A stretch of 64,000 nucleotides of DNA from the human T2T-CHM13v2.0 reference genome, Homo sapiens. Positions within the stretch are counted from its first letter, which is position 1. Every line of letters begins with the position of its first letter. Location of the stretch: assembly GCF_009914755.1 (NCBI RefSeq), contig NC_060932.1; one strand, written 5' to 3'. The position numbers and the translations under genes were made by a program. The notes below the pieces were generated by a model. The model was not told the origin of the DNA, did not search any database, and worked only from the letters and a program-made list of their open reading frames with translations. Shown one piece after another: positions 39,597 through 51,904 of the stretch.

Positions 39597-41987
39597 CTTG
39601 TCTCAAAAAAAAAGTTTTTTTAGTGAAGAGCAAAAGTTTGGATTTTATTGTACTGTAGATACCCAATGGGGTTTTTGTTGAGGGGCAATGGTTTGAGATA
39701 AAGTCTCACTCTGTTGTCCAGGCTGGAGTGCAGTGGTGAGATCATAGCTCACTACAGCCTCAGACTCCTAGGCTCAAGTGATCCTCCGGTCTCAGCCTGG
39801 TGAGTAGCTGGGACTACAGGCATGCACCACCACACCCAGCTAATTTTTTAATTTTTTGTTGAGACAAGGTCTGACCATGTTGCCCAGGCTGGACTTGAAC
39901 TCCTGGCCTCAAGTGATGCTCCCACCTCAACCTCCCAAAGTGCTAGAATTACAAACATGGGCCACCACCCAGCCCCAGTGGGGTTTTATTGAAGGATTTC
40001 CAGTAATGGAGTAAATCAGTCAATGCTTAGGGGAATGTGAAGGATTAACTCAAGTTGGGTAGGAATGCAGGCAGAGAGATCAGTTGAGGTGATGTTTGCA
40101 ATAGAGCAGAAGAGAAATGACTAATGCTTTGGTGATGGGAATGGAGAGAAAAGAGCAAATAAAAGAAATATATAGGAGTTAGTTAGCCTGCCTGGGACAT
40201 ATGATGTGGGATAGGAGGCCAGGGAAAAGGGAGGAATGACTCCTGCAGAACATTCTCTCTGGCCTCATGGGGGCCTTTGTGGCCATTCCCCTGCTGCTTT
40301 CTGGATAGTGGATACACTTGATTTTCACTGATAGGGCTCTGATTCCATCATTTGGCACCAGATGCAATTTTGATCTACAAACTGCGCTCATTTTTTAGCA
40401 AGGTTACAGATGAGTTTGCAGCAACTGTCTCTACTCTACTGGCAGATAATTAATTCCTCTATATGGTCAGAAAATTAAGCCATGTAAGAACCTTTCAAAT
40501 GGTCTCTCTGTCTTCATCATGTCTCTACACTGCCTTCTTGATTTTCCATTGTAGTGATTGAGGATCCCATGAAATTTAGGTTTTCTCAGAGAAGCAATAA
40601 TCTTCATGAAGGATGAATTCCCTCAGATGCAATTCAAGTTATGTTCCTTAGCAACTGAGTGTAGCACAAGAAGACGACTGGGTCTGCATGTATGTGCAAG
40701 GCCAAATACTCTGCTGGCATAGTATAAGATGTGTCTAAGTGAACCACAGCAAGCTCCAGGGGACTCCACAAAACCTACTCAACCTGTGAGACCAGGTTGG
40801 AAGAGGTGTGGTTTCTTCTCATCCTGAGAAAACCAGCATTCCAGATGTGGATGCATTTGCAGCTCCATGGAGTGGTGCATGGTGACTGCAGCCGATTGGA
40901 CCTCCCTGGTTTGCCTTCAGCCTTGTTGGATACCCTCTAAAAGTCTCTTTGGAAGAACCTGAACTTCTCCCCCAAGTGAATTTATTGCAGCAGTTATGTA
41001 GCACTTTAATCCATGCCATCTTTCATGAAATCCCACATGTAATTAGTTCCACAGATAATGGGACCAAGTGGCCACAAATAGTTTTAATTCATGGAAAGTA
41101 TTTTATGAACACATACACCTCATGTTAAGTGGCTAGACTTGGACATAGACAACCTCCATTTGAAAAAAACCTCATTGATTCTATTTCTTTGCCTAGATGG
41201 GTATGTGAAACATTAAGTGGCTCTCAATTCCATGTTCCCACATTCAGACAATACCAGGATTTCATTCTATGCATTAACTTCTGGAAGCTTCTGGGAATTC
41301 TCTTAATTCCACCTGGTCAAAAGTCCTCTCTTCTCCCACAGGCTTTTCTTCAGATGGATTTGGCAGAGTTCTTCAGCTCCTATCTTCAGGGAATCCAGCT
41401 GAGCCCTAGACAATTTCTGGCCTCCTCTCTACCAGAAGCCCTGAGGTCATAGGAGGGGAGATTTGCTGGAATTCCCTCTCACTCACTCAGTTGCATTTCT
41501 TTTCTTGGCCAAAGGGTTTCTTCCCATGGCTTCTCTGGAGACCCCTTGCCCTGGTCTTCCACCGCACTTCTTCAGTATGAGTTCCATTTACAGTTGGGTT
41601 TCAAATATCTATTGTGTCAAGATGGTGTCAGTACCTCTTCACAATAGCTTTAATTTGCTAATTCTGAGTCCTGTCATCTCCCTAATTCCTGGAGCACAGA
41701 TCTCTTCTCCTTTTTAGATCCAAGTTCACAAATCTTACAAGTACTTCTTGAGCAAAAACTCTACAGTATGGCTTTGTCTGCTTATTCACCTCACCTGCCA
41801 GGGCTACCATCTAACGAATGTCCTAGAACTCTGTTTATGTCATCTTAGAGCTCAGTAGGGGCTTGCCCCTGATACTGGTGCTCCCTGACCTCCTAGGCCT
41901 GCTCTAGGTACCTGGGCTGCTACAAAGGCTGGCTAGTAAACTCCTTCAGTCTGGTAAGGCTCAATGAAGTGATGAGTGGGACCCTGG

Positions 41988-42350
41988 TGTCTTAATCCAT
42001 TCCTGCTGCTATAAGAAAATGCCACAGACTGGGTAATTTATAAATAATAGAAATTTATTTCTCACAGTTCTGGAGGCTGGGAAGTCCAAGATCAAGACAC
42101 TGATAGATTCCGTGTCTGGTGAGGGCTGCTCTCTGCTTCTAAGATGGTGCCTTTTTATTGTGTTCTCTCATGGAAGAAGGGTTGGCAAAGTCAAACACAC
42201 TTCCTCAAGCCGTCCCACGAGGGCACTGATCCCATGCATGAGGGTAGAGTCCTCATGGCCTAATCACCTCCTAAAGGCCCCAGCACTGTTTCACTGGGAA
42301 TTCTGTTTCAACATGAATATTGGAGGGGACACAAGCATTCAGACCATAGG
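41988..42350 (-). mobile_element. MST/MLT1A-type MaLR solo LTR
   Basis: tgtcttaatccattcctgctgctataag...ctcacagttctggaggctgggaagtccaagatcaag...cattcagaccatag. Confidence 0.85.
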
Positions 42351-43472
42351 AGCTGGGTTACTGGTCCACATTTAGGGAACAACATCCAAATCCATGTCTA
42401 CAACCCATCTGTTCAGATGGCTCTAGAGCAACTGAGTCAGCCTCAGCTTTACCTGCAAAGCTTGAAATATATGCATTTCACCACCCCCAGCCTCTGCCCT
42501 GGGATACATGTTGATTGAGCATGAGATCCAGTGGAATCAAGGACACCTTATGCTTCCCAGAGCTCACCAGATGTTAGAGGATTATGCATACATCTTTCAG
42601 TTGCTCCACCCTAAGAGCCTCTTCCAGGAACTTGCTTTTCCTTCTTTTACTCATAGGACTAAGATTCTGTCTTCTATCCCCTTCCTCAGCAGCTGCCACC
42701 TCCACTCTGGGTCAGGGATGTTTTTCTCTATCTTCTCTCTCCCCTAAAGCCTGCCAACCACTGGACCACAGTGTTCCTTACTCTCACTTGTAGAGCTGCC
42801 CCCTGGAATGAGCACATAGGACTTTAGGGCTTAATTTTTATTTGTTGCAGAGGAAACATGGAGAAGTTACAGCTGGAAGTTTGTCCATCAGAGGCTCCTG
42901 ATCTAATGCACCTGAGAAGCTTTGGGGAAGGTGAGGCTTCACCTCAGCACTTTTATTTCCAGGGATGGGACTCACTACCTACCACCCTCCTCCATCTGAC
43001 TAGTCCCTATAGGAGTGCCTTTTGGAAACCCCTTCCCCAACCCCAAATTGCAAACTGAACAATACATATTGCCTTGCTTCACAAAGGAAATGTGCATCTC
43101 TGGAATTATCTTTTGGGTGTTTTCTTACATTAAATATTATCAGCACTTTGTGGAGCCCCCTCCCTTACTAAAGGCCTCCCCCAGACTCTTGGGAGAGAAG
43201 CCATTCCTATCATTCTTACTATTCCCACCTGTGACTGGTAGAATAATGGTCCCCTACGATGTCCACATCTGTAATCCCAGAAGCCCAAGCCCTGATGTGT
43301 ATGGGGTCTGAAACAAAAAGGATATGAAGTCTGTGGTTTAAACTGCAGTAGCTTTCAGCCTCAAAGTCACAGGTCATTAATTCATTCATTTATAAAAGAC
43401 ATTAAATGCCTATGATGACCCAGGGCTGAAATGAGGCCCTGGGTAGTATCTCCAATTGAGAACCATCTAGGA

Positions 43473-43684
43473 TAGGGGTGTCCAATCTTGCTTCCCTGGG
43501 CCACATTGGAAGAAGAAGAATTGCTTTGGGCCACACATAAAATACACTAACAATAGCTGATGGGCAAAAAAACTGCAAAAAAAACCTCATAGTGTTCTAA
43601 AAAAGTTTACAAATTTGTCTTGGGCCACATTCAAAGCCATCCTGGGCCGAATGTGGCCAGTGCACTGCGGGTTGGACAAGCTTG
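43473..43684 (+). mobile_element. MER30 (hAT-Charlie)
   Basis: aggggtgtccaatctt...gggccacattggaagaagaa...gggttggacaagcttg; degenerate 8-bp TSD atctagga/atctaaaa. Confidence 0.9.
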
Positions 43685-44011
43685 ATCTAAAATGATGCAG
43701 GAATCACCTAGAATTTGGAGAAGAGTGTCTGGTCTTGAGGACTAGAGACTGGTAGGATCAGTCATCTGGGCTGAGGTTCAAGGCCGGGCTCCAACCTCAA
43801 AAGGCTACTCGGACCTTTTTCAAGGTGGATTGAAGATGAGGCTGCCTACAGAAAAGTTCAGAAAGGTTCAGAGAAGCATGCAACTTTCTCCCCTTCTCCA
43901 TCCGCTGCCCCTGCCCACTACACCTGCAGGCTTAGAAGCCTAGCCCCCATCCACAAATGGGAAGAACACTCTCAATAGGCTTGCTTTTGAAGGCTTGTGA
44001 CCTATTCTAAA

Positions 44012-44340
44012 ATCTATTGCTGCACAATAAACCATCCCAAATCCATGGTGTAAAATAGCAGCCATTTGATCACACTCTTAGATCGTGTGCATCAGGAATT
44101 CAGCCAAGGCACGAGAGGGACAGTGCTCCACCTGGTCCCGTACCTCGGCAGGATTCAAATGGCTGAGGGCTGGAATTGTTCAGTGACTCTTTCCTTTATA
44201 TGTCTGGTGCCTGGGCTGGGCTAACCAAAGGCTGGACTCAGCTGCGACCATCAACTAGAGCATCTACCTATGGCCTCTCCATGTCACGTGGGCTTATCAC
44301 ATCATGGGGGCTGGGATTCAAAGTGAAAATCCTGAGAAAG
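44012..44340 (-). mobile_element. MLT1F/G/H-type LTR fragment
   Basis: tattgctgcacaataaaccatcccaaa...tcaggaattcagc...atgtctggtgcctgggctggg...tggcctctccatgt. Confidence 0.65.
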
Positions 44341-45967
44341 CAACTCTGAAGAGCAGGGGTTTTGGGGAGCTGGAAGCTGCTGGCCCTTACTGAGCTGGTG
44401 AGGTGAGTGAGCAGGTCTATGAGCAATGGAGGGTTCATGGAAGGACAGAGAATACACAACCCCTGTCCTCCAAAATATGGCCTTTGGGGTCACTCCAGAG
44501 TGTCCCTAGGTGACCATAGCTGGCCCAGGAAATGTTCATAGCTATGGCCACCAAACTGAATGCCCACTAGAGAATGCCATCTCAGAGGAGGACTGAAAAC
44601 GGCGCTAGTCTTGGCCGGAGCAGGGATTCTTGTGTCAGGCCTCAATCATCCGTGTGCTCAGCTCCATTTGCCACCTCCTATTCCTCTACTCCTTATTCCC
44701 CATGCTCTACCCACCTCTAAGTTAAGTCCTGGGGACTTCACCTGTTTACCTGTGTGCAGGGCTCTGAGTCCCGCAAGCACTATTCGAGGCTTAGTTCTCT
44801 CCCTGGAGGAACCCCATGTATTTCTATAGTCTGGGTGTCTGGCAGAAGCCTGCAGCTCTAACACCCTGCACCTGGCCCTGGAGCATCCTCAGGTAGGAAC
44901 CATGCAGAGGCGAGGCCCAGGCATCTATGCAAACTTATCCTGGGCCAGGGTCTTCTCCAAGGAATGATACATTCTGCCACCTATGGTCGTCAGTTCCACC
45001 TCTTCATCCTCCTGGCTTCCTGTCTGCTTCCAGGACACTTTTGACTTTGGGACCTCACCTTAACCAATTCTCTGGAGTACAACTCTACTTGTTACCTGCC
45101 TACCCTCTCCCCAAACTGCCTCCTGACTGCTTGTTGACTCTTTTTCTGAGAAAGGCAGGCAGACTCTGCACCTCTGACCCAGTTGGATTATGCAATTTGG
45201 CCCCCAGGGCGATTGATATGGCCTAGGAGTTTCTAGCCTAAACTAGCTAGCTGGGATCCTCCCTTTGGGGCCTGCAGGCAAGCCCATGTCCGCTGGGATC
45301 TGCCCCTTTCGGACTGACTTGCTACTGGATGAGGATATGACAGTTAAATATAAAAGGACTTTGCTTTGCTAGAAGTCTGGTGTCCAGAGTATTTAATAAC
45401 TGCCCATCCCTAGTTCATATCTGCACTTCATCACATCTTTTCTTCTCTGTGATTGACCCCAGCTTTGCCTATTCATTTCTGGATATCTTCTGGCTCAGTA
45501 GGTCTTACTGACAAGCGAGATGACCTTCCATATGGCTAGGGCCATTTTCCCGCCAACAGTCCCCATAGCCACGCTGAGTGAGCCCACATCCTGCTGTTTC
45601 CTGGCTTCTGGACTCTTCTCTGGCTCCTGGAGGGTTGGAGGCCCATTAACTCCTGGCTCACAGCCCCCAGCACACCTTCACTCCATAGCTACCCCGTGAG
45701 GGAAAATCAAGAATTTGATGGAGCAAATGGAAGACTGAACAGGAGACTCATACTCTTCACAGCTCTGCAAGAATGTAGATTTAGCAGGGCAATTGGCAGA
45801 ATGAACTATCTTAGCAGCATGGGAAGTCCTCTCCTCTTCATTAGGTGGCTATAGCTGCCCAAAATTTTGGTCCTGCCCCAGTAGAACCAGCCACGAACTG
45901 GACATCCCACTCTCCACAGTGAGACCAGTAGCACCAGCACGGTGGGGGTGAGGAAAGCTGAGCTTAG

Positions 45968-46327
<360 letters not shown>

Positions 46328-46899
46328 TAAAATCAGTGCAGTGGGTCCAAGAGAATTCCTTGAAGGAGAGCGAAAACTCAAGGTGCAGGGTTCCAACAAG
46401 GCCTCATGGTACCCCCTCATGATGCAACTGTGTAGGCTCCAGGGAGGGCAACCAGGTGGAGGCTAGTAGGGGCTGAGCTTCCACACATCTGCGTCTGCCT
46501 GCTAGACCCTACAGTTCTTGGGCTGGGGCTCTTGTTGCCAGGCTGAGGGTGCATTCACTTGGGTCTCCCTTGCTGTGGCTCTCAGAATCCCACACTGTCA
46601 ATAGCATTGCTTGTGAGATATCTAAACAGACTTGGAGCCCAAAGTCATTTCTCATTTTGGGGGATAGTGTCAAATTTCAAAGCAATTCACAATCCCCTAG
46701 AGCCTACCTCTCCCAGTTTGCCCACCCATCAGGCCGACCACCAAGTGTGGAAAGAGGGCCATGTTGTTCTGTCACCTACTTCCAGGGGAAAGGGGTGCAG
46801 CAGTTTCTCAGAATTCCCAAAAGCCACTACTGATACCTCCACCCTGAAGTCACTTACACTGAACTGTGGGAGCTTTCACTTCTGCTATCCTAGATCATT

Positions 46900-47440
46900 T
46901 TCCTACCCCACTGCTGGTGATAGAGCTCTTCTTCCTTGCAGAGAACTCACACTATGTGTTGCAAGCGAGGTTGGCCGTCCACCCCCTCCCACTACAGAGC
47001 TGGGCAGATGAACCAAGTCTGGTCAATTCTGTGACACCATCCCCTGGTCACATGAATGAGCGTGTGACCCAAATCAAGCCAATCAGTGAAAGACTCAGGA
47101 CTTTTGCTGGTGCTGCGAGGAAAGAGATCCTTCCTTTCTATGGGATCAGCGCTGAAGCCTTTAGCCATCTTTGGCTGAAGCTTTTACTCAGCGTGTTGCC
47201 TTTAGCCATCTTTGCCTCCTCAAAACCAGAGCTTGCCTATGAATAAAACAAACACCTCAAGCAAAAGCAGCAGATGAAACAAGAGACAGGGCCTTGAGGA
47301 AGTGTTTCCATCCTTAGATCCGTTGTACCTGCAGAAAGATGGCCTGTGTGCTCTTGAGTTACATAAGCTGATGGTTTCTGTTTCCCACAGTCTCCTGGGC
47401 TTTGACCATGGCAACTGCGAGGGTCCTCACTGATACATAC
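46900..47440 (+). mobile_element. MLT1K-like LTR fragment
   Basis: gtgacccaaatcaagccaatcag...ggacttttgctgg; ends actgataca. Confidence 0.5.
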
Positions 47441-47519
47441 TCTCCTCTGACTACAGTTTCTGTGCCCAGTTCTTTTTGTCCTCCACTCCCAGCTGCTCTG
47501 GCAGCAGATCAAGACTTAG

Positions 47520-47950
47520 AAGGTGGATCAGGCAGGGACAAGAAACGTAATATTTGAGAAGGGTTTATTTGCAAAGGGACTTATTCCCAAAATATGGGTA
47601 GGGTAAAAGCAAACCATGCAAAGACTAGACAGGACTCTGTAGAATGGAATCTGAGAGAATGGGGGGAAAGCATGCCTGTAGCCTGAAGGAGAGTCATGTG
47701 GATTAAGAGGCTTTGAGAGAACCAACGAGTTACTGTCCAAGGGCAGAGCATCACAGGAGAGTAAGGGGAACAAATACTCTGGCCTCATTCTCCTCCTTGC
47801 TTCCAGTTTCCTGATGGTGCTCCCTATTGACTGAACCCAACCCAAAGAGGGAGGGAACTGACTAACTTGTACAGCTGAGCCTCCCAGAGCAGAGGTCAGG
47901 GCAGGGAAGAGAGGGGGGTGGGTCCAGAGGGCCAAACAGAAGATGCACAG
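47520..47950 (-). mobile_element. LTR33/LTR41-like ERVL LTR fragment
   Basis: ctccctattgactgaacccaac...gagcctcccagagcagag...ggtccagagggccaaacagaagat. Confidence 0.55.
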
Positions 47951-48053
47951 ACCAAGGAATGATTTCCCACATCAGAGGGCCCAGGGATGACCTAATGAGC
48001 AGTTCACGGCTATAAGCAGTAAGCCACATTTGCCCCAAGAGAGGCCATTTTAG

Positions 48054-48620
<567 letters not shown>

Positions 48621-49947
48621 TGAGGCAGTTACAAGATCTAGTGGACCGGAAGAGGCACAGTCCTCAGGACACCCCAGGGGTCCACAGCTGGCATCGAGCA
48701 TGGCCACACCTGTACAACAGCCTCTTACTGGGAGAACCCAAAGAATCCCAGCATATTTAGGCTGCAGAATGGGCTGGGGAAGCTGGCCGCAGAGGACAGC
48801 CCACAGCAGGACAACCCTGGTGGGCGATGCAACCTCCAGAGTGCCCCGCTGGGCTGGCCAAGCTGTGTTGGGCTCGCCTCCCAGTTTGCCTTCTTCCTCT
48901 GCCTACTCTTGCTTTCTGTTCATAGGTGTTGAACTCTGATAAACATCTCTGTCTCAGTGTCTACTTCTAGATCATCCAAACTGTGACAACAGTAATTAGA
49001 GCAGAGTTTCTGTAGGCACCTGGCACCCACACAGTCCTCTCTTCTGTGTACTGCAACTTGTCTCCTGCACTGTGGGTGAACTGTGTCTTGCTGTCACTGG
49101 GGCTGGCCTCTCCACTTGTGCACGGGTCCCTGTCCCAGCTCCCCTCTCACTCGCCCCACTTGCCCTGATCCAGGTCCTTCTCCCGTGTAAATGTTTCCCT
49201 TCCTCCTGGGTCATTTCTGTCTGCATATGAAACTTCTGCTCAGTCTGCCTTTCAGAAAACAGACCAATGCCCTCCTCCAGCCATTGTCATAATTCTCTTC
49301 TCTTTATAGGAAAACTGTTGCATGAGTTGCTTTAATCTCTCACCTCCCATTCTTCCTTATACTTCATCACTCCATTTAACCTTCTCTCACCTTGATCTCC
49401 TAGAACCTCCACGTTGTTAAATGGAATGAAAAATCCCCAGTCTCCCCCTGACTTAGCCTAGCAGCAACATTGGACACAGTTTATCTTTTCCAGGGACAAT
49501 GGTTGTCTGGTTTTCCCTTCTGGCTGCTCTTTTCCAGACTCCTTTGCTGCTTCCTCCTCATCTTCCTTGCTTTATTTTTTTAATTTTAAAAAAATGTTTA
49601 TTGAGACAGGGTCTTGTCCTGTCACCCAGGCTGAGTACAGTAGCGCAATCATGACTAACTGCAACCTTGGACTCCTGGGCTCAAGTGATCCTCCTGCCTC
49701 AGCCACCTGAGTAGCTGGAACTCCAGGCATGCATCACACAATGCCCAGCTAAGTTTTTAAATTTTTGGTAGAGACAGCATCTTGCTGTGTTGCCCAGGCA
49801 GGTCTCAAACTCCTCCCACCTTGCCTCCCAAAGCATTGGGATTATAGATGTGAGCCACCACACCCAGCCTTTTCTCATTTCTAAATGTTGGCATGGCCTC
49901 AGATATCTCTTTTCTGTCTATACTCACTCCTTAGAAAGCTTCATCCA

Positions 49948-50579
49948 AGTGCAGTGGCGTAATCTTGGCTCACTGCAACTTCTGCCTCCTGGGTTCAAGC
50001 AATTCTCCTGCCTCAGCCTCCTGAGTAGCTGGGATTACAGGCGCCCGCCACCACACCTGGCTAATTTTTTTTGTGTGTGTGTGTTTTTAGTAGAGACGGG
50101 GTTTCACCATGTTGGCCAGGCTGGTTTCATACTCCTGACCTCAAGTGATCCACTCGCCTCAACCTCCCTAAGTGCTGGGATTACAGGCATGAGCCACTAC
50201 ACCCGGCCCAACTCGCCCATTTTAACATGTATAATTCAGTGCTTTTAGTACATTCATGGTTGTATGAACATCACCACAATTACTTTTTAGAACATTTTCA
50301 TCACCACCAAAAGAAACCCCACACTCCCAGTCTCTCTATCTCTCCCAGCCCCGGGAAACCACTAATCTACTTTCTTTCTCTGTGGGCTTCCCTATTCTGG
50401 GCACTTTATATAAATGGAATCATACAATATATGGTCCTTTGTGGCTAGCTTCTTTCATTATGACTTAACATAATGTCATAGGTTTTTACATTTTTTAAAT
50501 GGCTGGAAAAGAATATTTTATGACACATGAAAATCCTATGAAATTCACATTTCAGGGTCTATGAATAAAGTTGTATTGG

Positions 50580-50627
<48 letters not shown>
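49948..50627 (+). mobile_element. Composite retro-insertion (Alu fragment + L1M fragment + MER58 fragment + (AC)n tail) with 15-bp TSD
   Basis: agaaagcttcatcca at 49933-49947 and 50628-50642; AATAAA at 50564-50569 just before the tail. Confidence 0.75.
50581..50626. repeat. (AC)23 microsatellite
   Basis: Perfect dinucleotide run. Confidence 0.97.
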
Positions 50628-50628
<1 letters not shown>

Positions 50629-50858
50629 GAAAGCTTCATCCAGTCTTGGGCCTTCAAACAGCCTTCACGTGCTCATAGCTCACAACGCTTTCTCTCTAGC
50701 CTTGACTGCTTCCCTGGATCCCTGAGCTCAATGCCAGCCGACCCCTCATCCCATCTCCATCCACCTGCTCCTACAGCAATTGGGCACACTGCAATACCAT
50801 TCAACCACAAGTTAAAGGGAATTGTCCCCAGTAGACAGCAGCCACAGTGGGGTCCCCA

Positions 50859-51409
50859 TGTTACAGGAAAGGAGTCCTGATCCAGACCCCAAGAGAGGGT
50901 TCTTAGATCTCGTGCCAAAAAGAATTCAGGGCAAGTCCACAAAAATGAAAGTAAGTTTATTAGGAAAGTAAATGAATAAGAGAATGGCTACTCCATAGAC
51001 AGAGCAGTGCCGAATGCTGCTAGTTGCCCATTTTTATGGGTTTTTTTTTGATGATATGCTAAACGAGGGGTGGATTATTCATGCTTCCCTTTTTTAGACC
51101 ATATAGGGTAACTGCCTGACATTGCCATGGCATTTGTAAACTGTCATGGCGCTGGTGGGAGTGTAGTAGTGAGGACAACCAGAGGTCACTCTCGTGGCCA
51201 TCTTGGTTTTGGTGGGTTAGAGCTGGCTCCTTTACTGCAACCTGTTTTATCAGCAAGGTCTTTATGACCTGTATCTTGTGCGGACCTTCTATCTCATCCT
51301 ATGACTTAGAATGCCTTAACTGTCTGGGAATGCAGCCCAATAGGTCTCAGCCTCATTTTACCCAGCTCCTATTCAAGATAGAGTTGCTCTGGTTCACACA
51401 CCTCTGACA
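50859..51409 (-). mobile_element. MER41A solo LTR (ERV1)
   Basis: tgttacaggaaagg...gatccagaccccaagagagggttctt through gagttgctctggttc...cctctgaca; 4-bp TSD ccca/ccca; lacks the MER41B GAS-bearing segment. Confidence 0.88.
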
Positions 51410-51444
51410 CCCAGGCCACCTGCTATAAATTCAGGGATTCCTGT

Positions 51445-51904
51445 TGTAGCAGGACAAGCCACAGGCAAAACCCCTCAGACACCGAGTTAAAGAAGGAAGG
51501 GCTTTATTCAGCCGGGAGCTTCGGCAAGACTCACATCTCCAACAACCGAGCTCCCTGAGTGGGCAATTCCTGTCCGTTTTAAGGGTTCACAACTCTAAGG
51601 GGGTCTGCATCAGAGGGTCATGATCGATTGAGCAAGCAGTGGGTACATGACTGGGGGCTGCATGCACTGGTAAATAGATCGGAACAGAACAGGACAGGGA
51701 TTTTCACAGTGCTTTTCTATACGATGTCTGTAATCTATAGGTAACATAACTGATTAGGTTAGGGGTGGATCTTTAACTACCAGGCCCAGGGTGTGGCGCC
51801 GGGCTGTCTGCTTGTGGATTTCATTTCTGCCTTTTAGTTTTTACTTCTTTCTTTGGAGGCAGAAATTGGGCATAAGACAATATGAGGGGTGGTCTCCTCC
51901 CTTA
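51445..51904 (-). mobile_element. LTR2 (HERV-E/Harlequin) solo LTR
   Basis: Reverse complement starts taagggaggagaccacccctcatattgtcttatgccc and ends gtcctgctaca; 4-bp TSD ctgt/ctgt. Confidence 0.88.

Noticed and set aside
45276-45291. p53-like half site AGGCAAGCCC
   Set aside because: The second half site overlaps rather than adjoins it; expected by chance
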